A stretch of DNA of 64,000 nucleotides from a phage. The stretch lies in the sequence record MZ956761.1. One strand, 5' to 3'. A program made the translations under genes and the position numbers. This document shows, piece by piece, positions 10,841 to 19,401 of the stretch. Position 1 is the stretch's first letter; each line of letters opens with the position of its first letter. The notes under the pieces were generated by a model. The model saw only the letters and a list, made by a program, of their open reading frames with translations, had not been told where the DNA came from and ran no database searches.

Positions 10841-10954
10841 AATTTGTGACAACTGTCACATTAATATCTACTTGACGCGATTATAGGGGTTGAACTGATC
10901 ACTCTTCTCTTAATTTCGTGTGAAGACATCTTGATTGTTGGAGTAGGTATTAAT
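10841..10954 (+). ncRNA. Inter-tRNA spacer, possible small stable RNA
   Basis: 114-nt segment between tRNA-Asn and tRNA-His with hairpin tgtgac-aact-gtcaca at 10845-10860; tRNA processing would release it. Confidence 0.25.
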
Positions 10955-11030
10955 GTGGCCGTAGTTCAGTTGGTAGAACTCGAGATTGTGATTCTCGTAG
11001 TCATGGGTTCGACTCCCATCGGTCACCCCA
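10955..11030 (+). tRNA. tRNA-His (GUG), CCA encoded
   Basis: Acceptor gtggccg/cggtcac, anticodon stem cgaga/tctcg, loop tTGTGAt. Confidence 0.8.
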
Positions 11031-11034
11031 ATTA

Positions 11035-11110
11035 CGGGGCATAGCTCAGAAGGAAGAGCAAGGACCTTCTAAGTCCTAGGTCGTAGGTTCGATCCCTACT
11101 GCCTCGACCA
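11035..11110 (+). tRNA. tRNA-Arg (UCU), CCA encoded
   Basis: Acceptor cggggca/tgcctcg, anticodon loop cTTCTAa. Confidence 0.85.
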
Positions 11111-11126
11111 ATTAAGTGAGGAAAAT

Positions 11127-11477
11127 ATGAAAGGTAATGTTTATTTAGTAGTTCATGATTTAACATTCTATTTTAATCATAATGACACTGTTATTTCTGA
11201 ACGTGTAATTAATTTGCTTTATCAGCACGCAGATTATGTTTATGTCGAAAACGAATATGGTCATTGGCAATTTCTTAAAAATCGTTCATTTGGCTTAGAT
11301 GGTTACGAATACTTTGAACGTAAAGACCTTTTAGATAAAATTCCGTTATCTACACAATATCAAAATCACAAATCTTTATATAAATGCCGACCAATTCGAA
11401 ATGTTGAATCCGCGTATGAAGCAATTGATTTATGGCGTAAACGCCGTGAACAGATTGATGCTTTAAAAGAATATTAA
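11127..11477 (+). CDS. Hypothetical protein
   Basis: 116 aa ORF 17 nt after tRNA-Arg; RBS GAGGAAAA. Confidence 0.5.
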   Translation: MKGNVYLVVHDLTFYFNHNDTVISERVINLLYQHADYVYVENEYGHWQFLKNRSFGLDGYEYFERKDLLDKIPLSTQYQNHKSLYKCRPIRNVESAYEAIDLWRKRREQIDALKEY

Positions 11478-11579
11478 GAAACCGGGTCGCTACCGGTAAG
11501 TCGTCGGACTGATGTTCCCTGAGTAAGGAATTGTGTTAATAAATCTTTATGATTTGTTGATGCCCTCTTACATCACAGC

Positions 11580-11750
11580 AGAAACGGCGCACCGAATTAT
11601 CGATTCGAGGAAATATCTTTGCCATAAGCCGAGTAGCGTTTTTGACGGAACGTTCGGATATGGTCGAGATATGGCCTTTTAAAAATATTGAGTAGCGTCA
11701 ACTACTTAATAACCGGGTTCGAATCCCGGCGTTTCGTACAAACACTTGCC
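11580..11750 (+). ncRNA. Candidate structured RNA with tRNA-like T-arm and acceptor-like pairing
   Basis: ccggg-ttcgaat-cccgg T-arm at 11722-11738; cgtttcg can pair with gaaacg at 11584-11589; several hairpins; no long ORF. Confidence 0.3.
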
Positions 11751-11788
11751 TTAGCAGGTGGAACCCCGACAAGGTTGCCGCAAGGCTT

Positions 11789-11816
11789 AGCCCCGACCGA
11801 AAGGTTGGGGCTTTTT
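11789..11816 (+). terminator. Rho-independent terminator
   Basis: agccccgacc-gaaa-ggttggggct hairpin followed by TTTTT. Confidence 0.7.
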
Positions 11817-11862
11817 AGTATAAATAAGTATATTAAAACCACGAATTAAAACAGGAAATAAG

Positions 11863-12336
11863 ATGAAATCATATGCTCAATTTTTAAATGAAGCGGTGTT
11901 AAATGAAGCATCTAGCACCGAAATTCAAGCTGTTGCAAAAGCTGCCATTGCCGCGGGTAAATATTCCTATAAGGATGCTTCCGATGAATCACGATTCCAA
12001 TTTGCTCGTGATATGAAAGCCGAAGGATTTACAGGGAATGCAGTTAGTATGGCTTGGAAAAGTTTAGTTGCTACTGGAGCTGCTTTTGCAAAGGCTTCAG
12101 GTAAACCTGCTCCTAAGGCTGACCCTAAAGCAGCACAAGAAAAAAATATTGCTAAAGGAATTATCTCTAGGTATGAAGCAATTCTTAAAGAACTTTTGAT
12201 AATTAAGACCGAAGGCCAGAAACTTGCGCGAGCTCATAGTTTCAAAGATAATCCACATGCTCATGACCTAGAGTATGTTGAAGACATCCAAAAAATTATT
12301 AAAGACCGCATTTGGTCTGCTAAACAAATCAAATAA
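11863..12336 (+). CDS. Hypothetical protein with CTS-like N-terminus (MKSYAQFLNE)
   Basis: 157 aa; RBS AGGAAA; Ala/Lys-rich; N-terminal decapeptide resembles capsid targeting sequence. Confidence 0.5.
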   Translation: MKSYAQFLNEAVLNEASSTEIQAVAKAAIAAGKYSYKDASDESRFQFARDMKAEGFTGNAVSMAWKSLVATGAAFAKASGKPAPKADPKAAQEKNIAKGIISRYEAILKELLIIKTEGQKLARAHSFKDNPHAHDLEYVEDIQKIIKDRIWSAKQIK

Positions 12337-12343
12337 CATTCTT

Positions 12344-12371
12344 AGCCCCGACCGAAAGGTTGGGGCTTTTT
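12344..12371 (+). terminator. Rho-independent terminator (same sequence as 11789-11816)
   Basis: Identical hairpin plus T-tract. Confidence 0.7.
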
Positions 12372-12503
12372 GGTATCTAGGCCTTTCCGGGCCTCTCTAG
12401 GCATCATTTAGTTTATACCCTTTATAATATATTATCCTACCTTTTAATTGCCCCTCCTGACCCTAGAATTCCCTAAAAATTTTTAAAATTTTTTCACAAA
12501 ACG

Positions 12504-12533
12504 GTTTACATCCCCGTTCTTCCATGGTACTAT
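12504..12533 (+). promoter_or_regulatory. Early promoter (GTTTAC-N18-TACTAT)
   Basis: Shares tttttcacaaaac...ggtactatacaactatcaact with promoters at 24156, 27913, 29352, 54378. Confidence 0.55.
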
Positions 12534-12576
12534 ACAACTATCAACTACTGATATAGAAAACAACTTGGAGAACGAA

Positions 12577-12840
12577 ATGGATAATTACGGCGAACTGTTC
12601 AACTTCTTTATGAAATGCGTTTCAGAAGATTTCGGTCGTACAGTGAATGATATTAAAGTTATCGGTCCTGATCATCCGATGTTTGAAACTTACGCAGTAA
12701 TGGGTAATGAAGATGGTCAGTGGTATACTGTAAAGGTTGTGATTAATATGTTCACGGCAGAAGGTTATGTTAAACTGTCTTCTAAAGTTTACCATGATAA
12801 CGATGAAATCGCAGAAGAATATTTCAATAATATGAAATAA
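12577..12840 (+). CDS. Hypothetical protein
   Basis: 87 aa from ATG 12577 (RBS GGAGAA); track start 12565 is TTG. Confidence 0.5.
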   Translation: MDNYGELFNFFMKCVSEDFGRTVNDIKVIGPDHPMFETYAVMGNEDGQWYTVKVVINMFTAEGYVKLSSKVYHDNDEIAEEYFNNMK

Positions 12841-12842
12841 TT

Positions 12843-12872
12843 GTGTACAAACACCAAGGACGGTGTTATTAT
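12843..12872 (+). promoter_or_regulatory. Early promoter variant (GTGTAC-N18-TATTAT)
   Basis: Followed by 26-bp element tgttattatagacttatcaaaacaaa also found at 60933. Confidence 0.4.
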
Positions 12873-12908
12873 AGACTTATCAAAACAAATACAGAAACGG
12901 AGAAATAA

Positions 12909-13073
12909 ATGACTACTTTAATTATTTGGTTTGACGAAAATGAAGAAACATACTGCGTGAACATTGGCGAAAGCCCAATGCCAGAATTTGAATCTTCGGA
13001 TAAAAACTCGGTTGTATCTTGGGCTGAAGGTTATAAAGCAGCAAAAGGCGATGTTGAAATAGTTTACAACTAA
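12909..13073 (+). CDS. Small hypothetical protein (54 aa)
   Basis: ATG 12909 after RBS-like GGAGAAATAA; below track length cut-off. Confidence 0.35.
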   Translation: MTTLIIWFDENEETYCVNIGESPMPEFESSDKNSVVSWAEGYKAAKGDVEIVYN

Positions 13074-13091
13074 GTATGAAGGCGTTACTAT
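13062..13091 (+). promoter_or_regulatory. Early promoter (GTTTAC-N18-TACTAT)
   Basis: Overlaps 3' end of preceding small ORF; followed by tagacttatc motif. Confidence 0.45.
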
Positions 13092-13117
13092 AGACTTATC
13101 ATCACAAGGAAAACATT

Positions 13118-13453
13118 ATGAAACGTAACTTTAGTAAAGCTTTTTGTAATAGAAATGATTATCCTGAAGAGCTTTTTGAATCTAAGGAATTTAAAGAGTT
13201 TAACGAACGTTCTCAAAACATGCCTATACAGTGGGTATTGGATTATGCTAACCGTATCTTTGAAGGCGTACGTTTCGTTGGCCCCGATGATGAAGCTCCT
13301 TATTTTAAAAAGGCTTGGGAACTCGCCAACCAAGCATATATCAATGCTTTAGAATCTTCTAAAGGTACTGACGATGATTTTATTTTATTGGCTATCAATG
13401 ATGCCGTTGTCGAGGCCATCGACGCCTTTATCGACGAGCTAGACGAAGAATAA
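13118..13453 (+). CDS. Hypothetical acidic protein
   Basis: 111 aa; acidic C-terminus. Confidence 0.5.
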   Translation: MKRNFSKAFCNRNDYPEELFESKEFKEFNERSQNMPIQWVLDYANRIFEGVRFVGPDDEAPYFKKAWELANQAYINALESSKGTDDDFILLAINDAVVEAIDAFIDELDEE

Positions 13454-13483
13454 GTTTACAATCTATTAGAAACGTGATATTAT
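13454..13483 (+). promoter_or_regulatory. Early promoter (GTTTAC-N18-TATTAT)
   Basis: GTTTAC 13454-13459, TATTAT 13478-13483. Confidence 0.45.
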
Positions 13484-13510
13484 CTAATTATACCAACCTA
13501 AGGAAATACT

Positions 13511-14104
13511 ATGAACACACTGAAGAAAATTGTTGAGTTTATTCGCACTAAACTTGGTTCTGCTATGGCTAAAAATTTATCTGTTGAAGAACAGTATACT
13601 GCTGCGGCAGCAAAACTGCTTGATAAAATTAAAGATCTAAAAACTGCTTCTGTTAAATCTATTAATGAAGAAAAGCGTATTCGTGAACTTATTGTCGAAA
13701 AGAATAAGCAGGCCGAATCAAAAGAGCGTGAAATTCGCAAGCTTCTTTCCGAAGGTCAAGATGTAACAATGCATGCTAAACTCGGCTTGCTATATCGTCG
13801 AACAGCTGAGCAGTTGACTACTAAAGCTGATGGTTATGCTGAAATGCGAATTGAAATCGCTAAGAAAGTAGTTGAATTGGATGATGCACGCCAAGAACTT
13901 GCGGTTAAATTGGAATATATCCGTGAAACTCGTGCAGCAAATGCCCTTGGAATTAGTACTGCTGATGATGTAGTTGAAATTGCAGCACTGACTAAGGTTG
14001 ATATTGAAGATACTCTTGCTCGAGTTGAAACCTTTAACGGTAATATTTCTGGGGTTGAAACTACTTCTGCTGATGTTCAGGAATACATTAATTCTCTGAA
14101 ATAA
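13511..14104 (+). CDS. Coiled-coil protein, possibly PspA/IM30-like
   Basis: 197 aa, predicted largely helical with heptad-like Ala/Leu/Lys/Glu patterning. Confidence 0.45.
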
Positions 14105-14110
14105 TGATAA

Positions 14111-14130
14111 GGGGCTTCGGCCCCTATTAC
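14111..14130 (+). terminator. UUCG-tetraloop hairpin, terminator-like
   Basis: ggggcttcggcccc right after stop; weak T-tract. Confidence 0.45.
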
Positions 14131-14145
14131 TTGGAGTAAATAGGA

Positions 14146-14754
14146 ATGAAAATGCAAAGTGATTTCAATTCAATGTTTGAAGAGTTCCAAAGACAGGTTG
14201 ATGTTCCAGACCAATTACTAAATGCTCTTAAACGTATGGCAGAAGGACGTAATTATTATTGGGGTTCTTCATATGAAACTGATGAAAGTCTTTCTGGAAG
14301 ATTTTCCAGAGGTAAAAAGTCTTTAATACGTCCTGGAATACTTATTAACAGTATTGAATCAATTCATTCATTGACATGTGATTTTGATGTTGAATTTACT
14401 GATTTCATTTCTCCTGAATGGTCAGTTTGTTATTTAAACGACGATTTTGATTATCTCGGTGTTTATAGTTTAAGTGACGCATGGTTTAAACGTAACTTAC
14501 AAAAGTCAAATTTATTTTATATTGATACTACGGTAAAATTTCAGGGCAAGAAATATTTTTTTACTCTTATAGTTGATTCTGAAACGAAGTATGAAAATAA
14601 ACGTATTCTTAGTAAAAAGAATATCTTAACTATTGTTGATGATCTTTTTGATAAATTCGTAGAAAATCCCAATTTTGAAAGCGATTTATTACTAGAAAAA
14701 TTTGTGAAGGAATGTAGAGAATATGTCAAAGCCATCAATGTATCTTCCAAGTAA
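14146..14754 (+). CDS. Hypothetical protein
   Basis: 202 aa; C-terminal F-V-K-E-C-R motif shared with next three genes. Confidence 0.5.
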   Translation: MKMQSDFNSMFEEFQRQVDVPDQLLNALKRMAEGRNYYWGSSYETDESLSGRFSRGKKSLIRPGILINSIESIHSLTCDFDVEFTDFISPEWSVCYLNDDFDYLGVYSLSDAWFKRNLQKSNLFYIDTTVKFQGKKYFFTLIVDSETKYENKRILSKKNILTIVDDLFDKFVENPNFESDLLLEKFVKECREYVKAINVSSK

Positions 14755-15115
14755 ACCGTTGAAGTATGAATTAAAGCGCCAGCTAATTTCTACTGATGTA
14801 TTAATAGGTCCTGTAATAGCTGTATCATTTGTAATTCTACTGGGGGTTGGAATAGTTATAGATGTTATGACTGATATTGAATCTAATATAATATTTGCGT
14901 CAACATTAATTCTTCCAATGATAGTTCCATTTTTATTAGTACCTGTAAATTGGGTAGGATACTGGTATCAAGGAAGGCATTATCGTAAACGCGTACGTGA
15001 TTGGAAAGCACAGTGTAAAAAGATTAAAAAGGAACATCAGCTTAAACTTGCTGCGTATGAATTTGATGAAATTATGAAATTTGTTAAGGAATCACGATGC
15101 AAAAGCCAAAACTAA
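14723..15115 (+). CDS. Membrane protein, tandem paralog family member 1
   Basis: 130 aa, two hydrophobic helices, C-terminal FVKESR. Confidence 0.5.
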   Translation: MSKPSMYLPSKPLKYELKRQLISTDVLIGPVIAVSFVILLGVGIVIDVMTDIESNIIFASTLILPMIVPFLLVPVNWVGYWYQGRHYRKRVRDWKAQCKKIKKEHQLKLAAYEFDEIMKFVKESRCKSQN

Positions 15116-15459
15116 ATAAAGTCAAATATTCGCTTCCTGAGTCATTTTTAATTTTTGCTGTGGCGTTGGCTGCAGCTCTTGCGGGTAGTCTTTTTGGATT
15201 GTTAATTGACTGTCTTATTTTAAACATTGACGGCACAGTAAATATAATAGAAGTTTGGAGTGAACTTCACTATACTAAAATTATTTCATTATTTTCATTC
15301 TTTGGTACCATGTTATATTTTCATTATGATAATTTTAAAATAAATTGGCAAAGAAAAAAAGATTACAAAATACAATTAAAAGAATATAATAGCTACATGT
15401 CTTATATTGAAAAAGAATCAATGGAAGAGTTTGTGAGTGATTGTAGGAAAATTAAATGA
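15097..15459 (+). CDS. Membrane protein, tandem paralog family member 2
   Basis: 120 aa, two hydrophobic helices, C-terminal FVSDCRKIK. Confidence 0.5.
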   Translation: MQKPKLNKVKYSLPESFLIFAVALAAALAGSLFGLLIDCLILNIDGTVNIIEVWSELHYTKIISLFSFFGTMLYFHYDNFKINWQRKKDYKIQLKEYNSYMSYIEKESMEEFVSDCRKIK

Positions 15460-15944
15460 TTTTAAAAACTCGCTGGTATGATTTAGATGATGGGGATGAT
15501 GGCATTTCAGTTGATAGAGTTGACTGGAATGGTTGTTCCGAAGATATGAAAAATTTGTTGATTAGGGAGTTTAGAATGGGATATCAAGCAGCTAAGCCAT
15601 TTACTGTAACAGATGATAAGTTCGTATGTATTCAAAACGGTCGCGCTAAGTTAACGAATGCTGATTGGTTCACAGATAAGAAGGTTCTTCTGTGGTATAT
15701 CATTAGTCTTCCTATATCATCGTTCGTATTTTACTTTTTTATAAAAAATCCAATGGACAGAATAGGAGATTGGGTTCTTTTAACTATACTTGTTAATATT
15801 TTTACAGCAGCAGTATTATCAGGAATATGGTACATGTTCATTGAAATGCCATGGCGGTTACGCAGACAGCAAAAGATTTTTGATGAAAAGAAATATACTC
15901 AAAATTTAAATAACTTTATCACTGAATGCAGGAAATTAAAATGA
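15456..15944 (+). CDS. Membrane protein, tandem paralog family member 3
   Basis: 162 aa, soluble N-part plus two hydrophobic helices, C-terminal FITECRKLK. Confidence 0.5.
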   Translation: MILKTRWYDLDDGDDGISVDRVDWNGCSEDMKNLLIREFRMGYQAAKPFTVTDDKFVCIQNGRAKLTNADWFTDKKVLLWYIISLPISSFVFYFFIKNPMDRIGDWVLLTILVNIFTAAVLSGIWYMFIEMPWRLRRQQKIFDEKKYTQNLNNFITECRKLK

Positions 15945-16381
15945 AAACACTATCAGCTGGTATTATCTTTATGACAGAAGATAAAGATTTATTTATGGGT
16001 CGGGTTACTGGTTCTCGTAAGCCTGGAATGATGGCACACCGCTGGGATATTCCAAAGGGCCGTGTAGAAAATTCTGATTTAAGCGCATTAGATGCAGCAC
16101 GAAGAGAATGTTTAGAAGAGACTGGTTTTAGCAATTATAATCCAGACCTTCTAGAAGACCTAGGTGTATTTAAATATTCTAGTAATAAAGACCTACAGTT
16201 ATTTTATTATACGATTCCAGTAGAGCATGAGATGTTTAGAAATTGCCATTGCGAGTCTTATTTTGAAAATAAAGACGGTGTTATGATTCCAGAGATGGAC
16301 GCTTTTGCTCTTATTCCTCGTACTCAGTGGCAATATGTGATGGGTCCTTCACTTTACCGAATAATGAACAACCTCTTTTAA
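15926..16381 (+). CDS. nudE: Nudix hydrolase NudE
   Basis: 151 aa; Nudix box GRVENSDLSALDAARRECLEETGF; directly upstream of e. Confidence 0.8.
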   Translation: MQEIKMKTLSAGIIFMTEDKDLFMGRVTGSRKPGMMAHRWDIPKGRVENSDLSALDAARRECLEETGFSNYNPDLLEDLGVFKYSSNKDLQLFYYTIPVEHEMFRNCHCESYFENKDGVMIPEMDAFALIPRTQWQYVMGPSLYRIMNNLF

Positions 16382-16912
<531 letters not shown>

Positions 16913-16916
16913 AGTT

Positions 16917-16946
16917 GTTTACTTTCTCCTAGAATTGTGATAGTAT
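16917..16946 (+). promoter_or_regulatory. Early promoter (GTTTAC-N18-TAGTAT)
   Basis: Directly after e stop, upstream of internal-protein gene. Confidence 0.5.
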
Positions 16947-16983
16947 ATTCACAGTTACTAATTAAAATATTTAAAGGAAACAC

Positions 16984-17301
16984 ATGAAAACGTATAAAGA
17001 ATTTATTGCAGAATCTGCTGCAGGACAACGTGTAGAAGGCGGTTATATCTGGATTGAACAAGTTGAGCCGCCGAGTCGCACTTCTACGGGTAAATGGAAA
17101 ATCACTGTTGATGGTCCTGGTGGTAAACGTAGGACTCTTAAAGAAATTAACGGGTACTATGAAGAAGCTCTTTCTGACGCGGGTACTTATATGATGCAAA
17201 TCATGATTAAAAACCCAGAAAATCGTTTTGCGGCTAGAGTTTTCCGCCGTATTGGAAATAAGCTTTATGATGCATATTCTAAAAACTTTCCTAAAGAATA
17301 A
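16984..17301 (+). CDS. Internal protein (CTS MKTYKEFIAE)
   Basis: 105 aa; CTS-type N-terminus with I-A-E site; IPII/IPIII locus position. Confidence 0.6.
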   Translation: MKTYKEFIAESAAGQRVEGGYIWIEQVEPPSRTSTGKWKITVDGPGGKRRTLKEINGYYEEALSDAGTYMMQIMIKNPENRFAARVFRRIGNKLYDAYSKNFPKE

Positions 17302-17317
17302 AAATTAAAGGATACAC

Positions 17318-17791
17318 ATGAAAACATATCAAGAATTTATTACTGAAGCAGCTATTAATTCTCAAATTATTGCTGAATCTTTTACTGATCTTTTGAAATT
17401 TAAAAAAGGTCAAAAAATCACTGCTGTATTGGATGATGGTACAGAAGTTGAGATGGATGTACAGGGATATAATTATGCAGTAGATGGAAAACTGTATAAT
17501 AAATCTCATGCTAAATTTGATTCATTTGACGACTTTGTTAATACAGTTGAAGATGAAAAAACTCGTAGATCCATTGCAACTGGTGATGCTAAGGTTCTTA
17601 TGGCACATGGTCATGAACGCATTCGCGCTAAACAGAATAAAATGGGTGAAGATAATTTTGCATTAGTTGGTTATCAATCTGGTAAACAAACTTATGGCTA
17701 TCAGCGTACTGCTACCATGTATAACAAAAATGGTAAAATCGCTTTCGTGAATAGCAAAGGCTCTATTCAGTACGTCAAATCATTCAAATAA
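17318..17791 (+). CDS. Internal protein (CTS MKTYQEFITE)
   Basis: 157 aa; CTS-type N-terminus. Confidence 0.6.
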   Translation: MKTYQEFITEAAINSQIIAESFTDLLKFKKGQKITAVLDDGTEVEMDVQGYNYAVDGKLYNKSHAKFDSFDDFVNTVEDEKTRRSIATGDAKVLMAHGHERIRAKQNKMGEDNFALVGYQSGKQTYGYQRTATMYNKNGKIAFVNSKGSIQYVKSFK

Positions 17792-17944
17792 GCAAATAAG
17801 AAATATGGGAACAAGCTGGACCTCATGATTCTATGAGGGATTCCCGCCAACCTGTAATAAGGTCGAGCCCAAGCGCGGTAATGGGTAAATACAGAAATGG
17901 ACAATTCATGCGCCATGGAATGGCCCAAATTTAGAGAGAATAAA

Positions 17945-18484
17945 ATGAGAACATTTTTAACTGGTCCTTATCTATCCCTGATGAATGCTTTTACACACCA
18001 TTCTGATGCTAGAGTAGAAGAAATTTGTAAAAACGAATATATCCCGCCATTTGAAGACTTACTCAAACAGTACTGCACACTTCGCATAGATGGTGGACGT
18101 CAATCCGGCAAATCAATTGCTGTGACTAACTTTGCTGCTAATTGGCTGTATGATGGCGGAACAGTTATTGTTCTTTCTAATACTTCAGCTTACGCTAAAA
18201 TTTCTGCAAATAACATCAAAAAGGAATTTTCGCGTTATTCTAATGATGATATACGTTTTCGTTTATTTACTGATTCTGTGCGCAGTTTTATTGGTAATAA
18301 AGGAAGCAAGTTCAGAGGTTTATCGCTTTCGCGAATTTTGTATATAATTGATGAGCCTGTCAAATCTCCTGATATGGATAAGATTTATAGTGTCCATATT
18401 GACACTGTACACTACTGCTGTAATAGTAAATGTTGCATTGGTGGTATTACTCGTCCGCAGTTTTTCGTAATCGGAATGCAATGA
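17945..18484 (+). CDS. Small P-loop NTPase-like protein
   Basis: 179 aa from ATG 17945 (RBS GAGAGAATAAA); Walker A-like DGGRQSGKS and Walker B-like ILYIIDEP; where T4 has denV. Confidence 0.45.
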   Translation: MRTFLTGPYLSLMNAFTHHSDARVEEICKNEYIPPFEDLLKQYCTLRIDGGRQSGKSIAVTNFAANWLYDGGTVIVLSNTSAYAKISANNIKKEFSRYSNDDIRFRLFTDSVRSFIGNKGSKFRGLSLSRILYIIDEPVKSPDMDKIYSVHIDTVHYCCNSKCCIGGITRPQFFVIGMQ

Positions 18485-18810
18485 TGACAGATACACAGCT
18501 TTTCGAATATCTCTATTTTTCGCCAAAAACTATTAAAAATAAATTGGTAAATCATTTTGAAATTTTGGCAAATAACAACATTTTGAGCGAATTTTATCCC
18601 AAGCAATACAAATTACAAAAAGGTGTATTCAAAGGATGCAGAGTTTTGTGCACTGCTCCTAATGCACGGCTAATGAATAAAATTCCATATTTTACCATGG
18701 AATTTATTGATGGACCTTTTAAAGGATTAATTACGCAAAGTTTAATGGCATATGATTCTGAGCCGTTTTTAATTAAAGAACAATCTTGGATAAATTTATT
18801 TTCTAATTGA
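18481..18810 (+). CDS. Hypothetical protein, translationally coupled to upstream NTPase-like gene
   Basis: 109 aa from ATGATG overlapping upstream TGA. Confidence 0.4.
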   Translation: MMTDTQLFEYLYFSPKTIKNKLVNHFEILANNNILSEFYPKQYKLQKGVFKGCRVLCTAPNARLMNKIPYFTMEFIDGPFKGLITQSLMAYDSEPFLIKEQSWINLFSN

Positions 18811-18817
18811 GGTTTAT

Positions 18818-19180
18818 ATGAAAGCATATCAAATTCTTGAAGGCACACATAAAGGTACTATTTATTTTGAAGATGGTATTCAGGCACGAATTATTGTCTC
18901 TAAAACCTTTAAAGAGGACTCTTTTGTAGACCCAGAAATTTTCTATGGTTTGCACGCCCGTGAAATTGAAATTGAAACACAACCTACAGTTAAAATTGAA
19001 GGTGGTCAGCACCTGAACGTTAACGTTCTGCGTCGTGAAACTTTGGAAGATGCAGTTAAGCATCCGGAAAAATATCCGCAGCTGACCATCCGTGTATCCG
19101 GTTATGCAGTTCGCTTTAACTCTCTGACTCCGGAACAGCAGCGCGACGTTATCGCTCGTACCTTTACTGAGAGTCTGTAA
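18818..19180 (+). CDS. Autonomous glycyl radical cofactor (GrcA/YfiD-like)
   Basis: 120 aa; C-terminal [61 protein letters not shown] is the glycyl-radical motif region of enterobacterial GrcA. Confidence 0.8.
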   Translation: MKAYQILEGTHKGTIYFEDGIQARIIVSKTFKEDSFVDPEIFYGLHAREIEIETQPTVKIEGGQHLNVNVLRRETLEDAVKHPEKYPQLTIRVSGYAVRFNSLTPEQQRDVIARTFTESL

Positions 19181-19401
19181 TGGCAAAGATAATTATTGAA
19201 GGTTCTAAAGATGTGCTAAATGCTTTCGCAGAATGGTTTAGTAATTCAGGCGAACAGCAATTTAATGAAGCGTGGAATATGGGTGATATTAGTGGAATTT
19301 ATCCTACGACAGAAATTTCTGTTCAGGGATATGGCATTCATGAACCTATTCGTTTAGTTGAATATGATTTATGTACTGGTGAGGAAGTCAAATATGATTG
19401 A
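19180..19401 (+). CDS. Hypothetical protein
   Basis: 73 aa ORF, ATG overlapping upstream stop. Confidence 0.45.
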   Translation: MAKIIIEGSKDVLNAFAEWFSNSGEQQFNEAWNMGDISGIYPTTEISVQGYGIHEPIRLVEYDLCTGEEVKYD

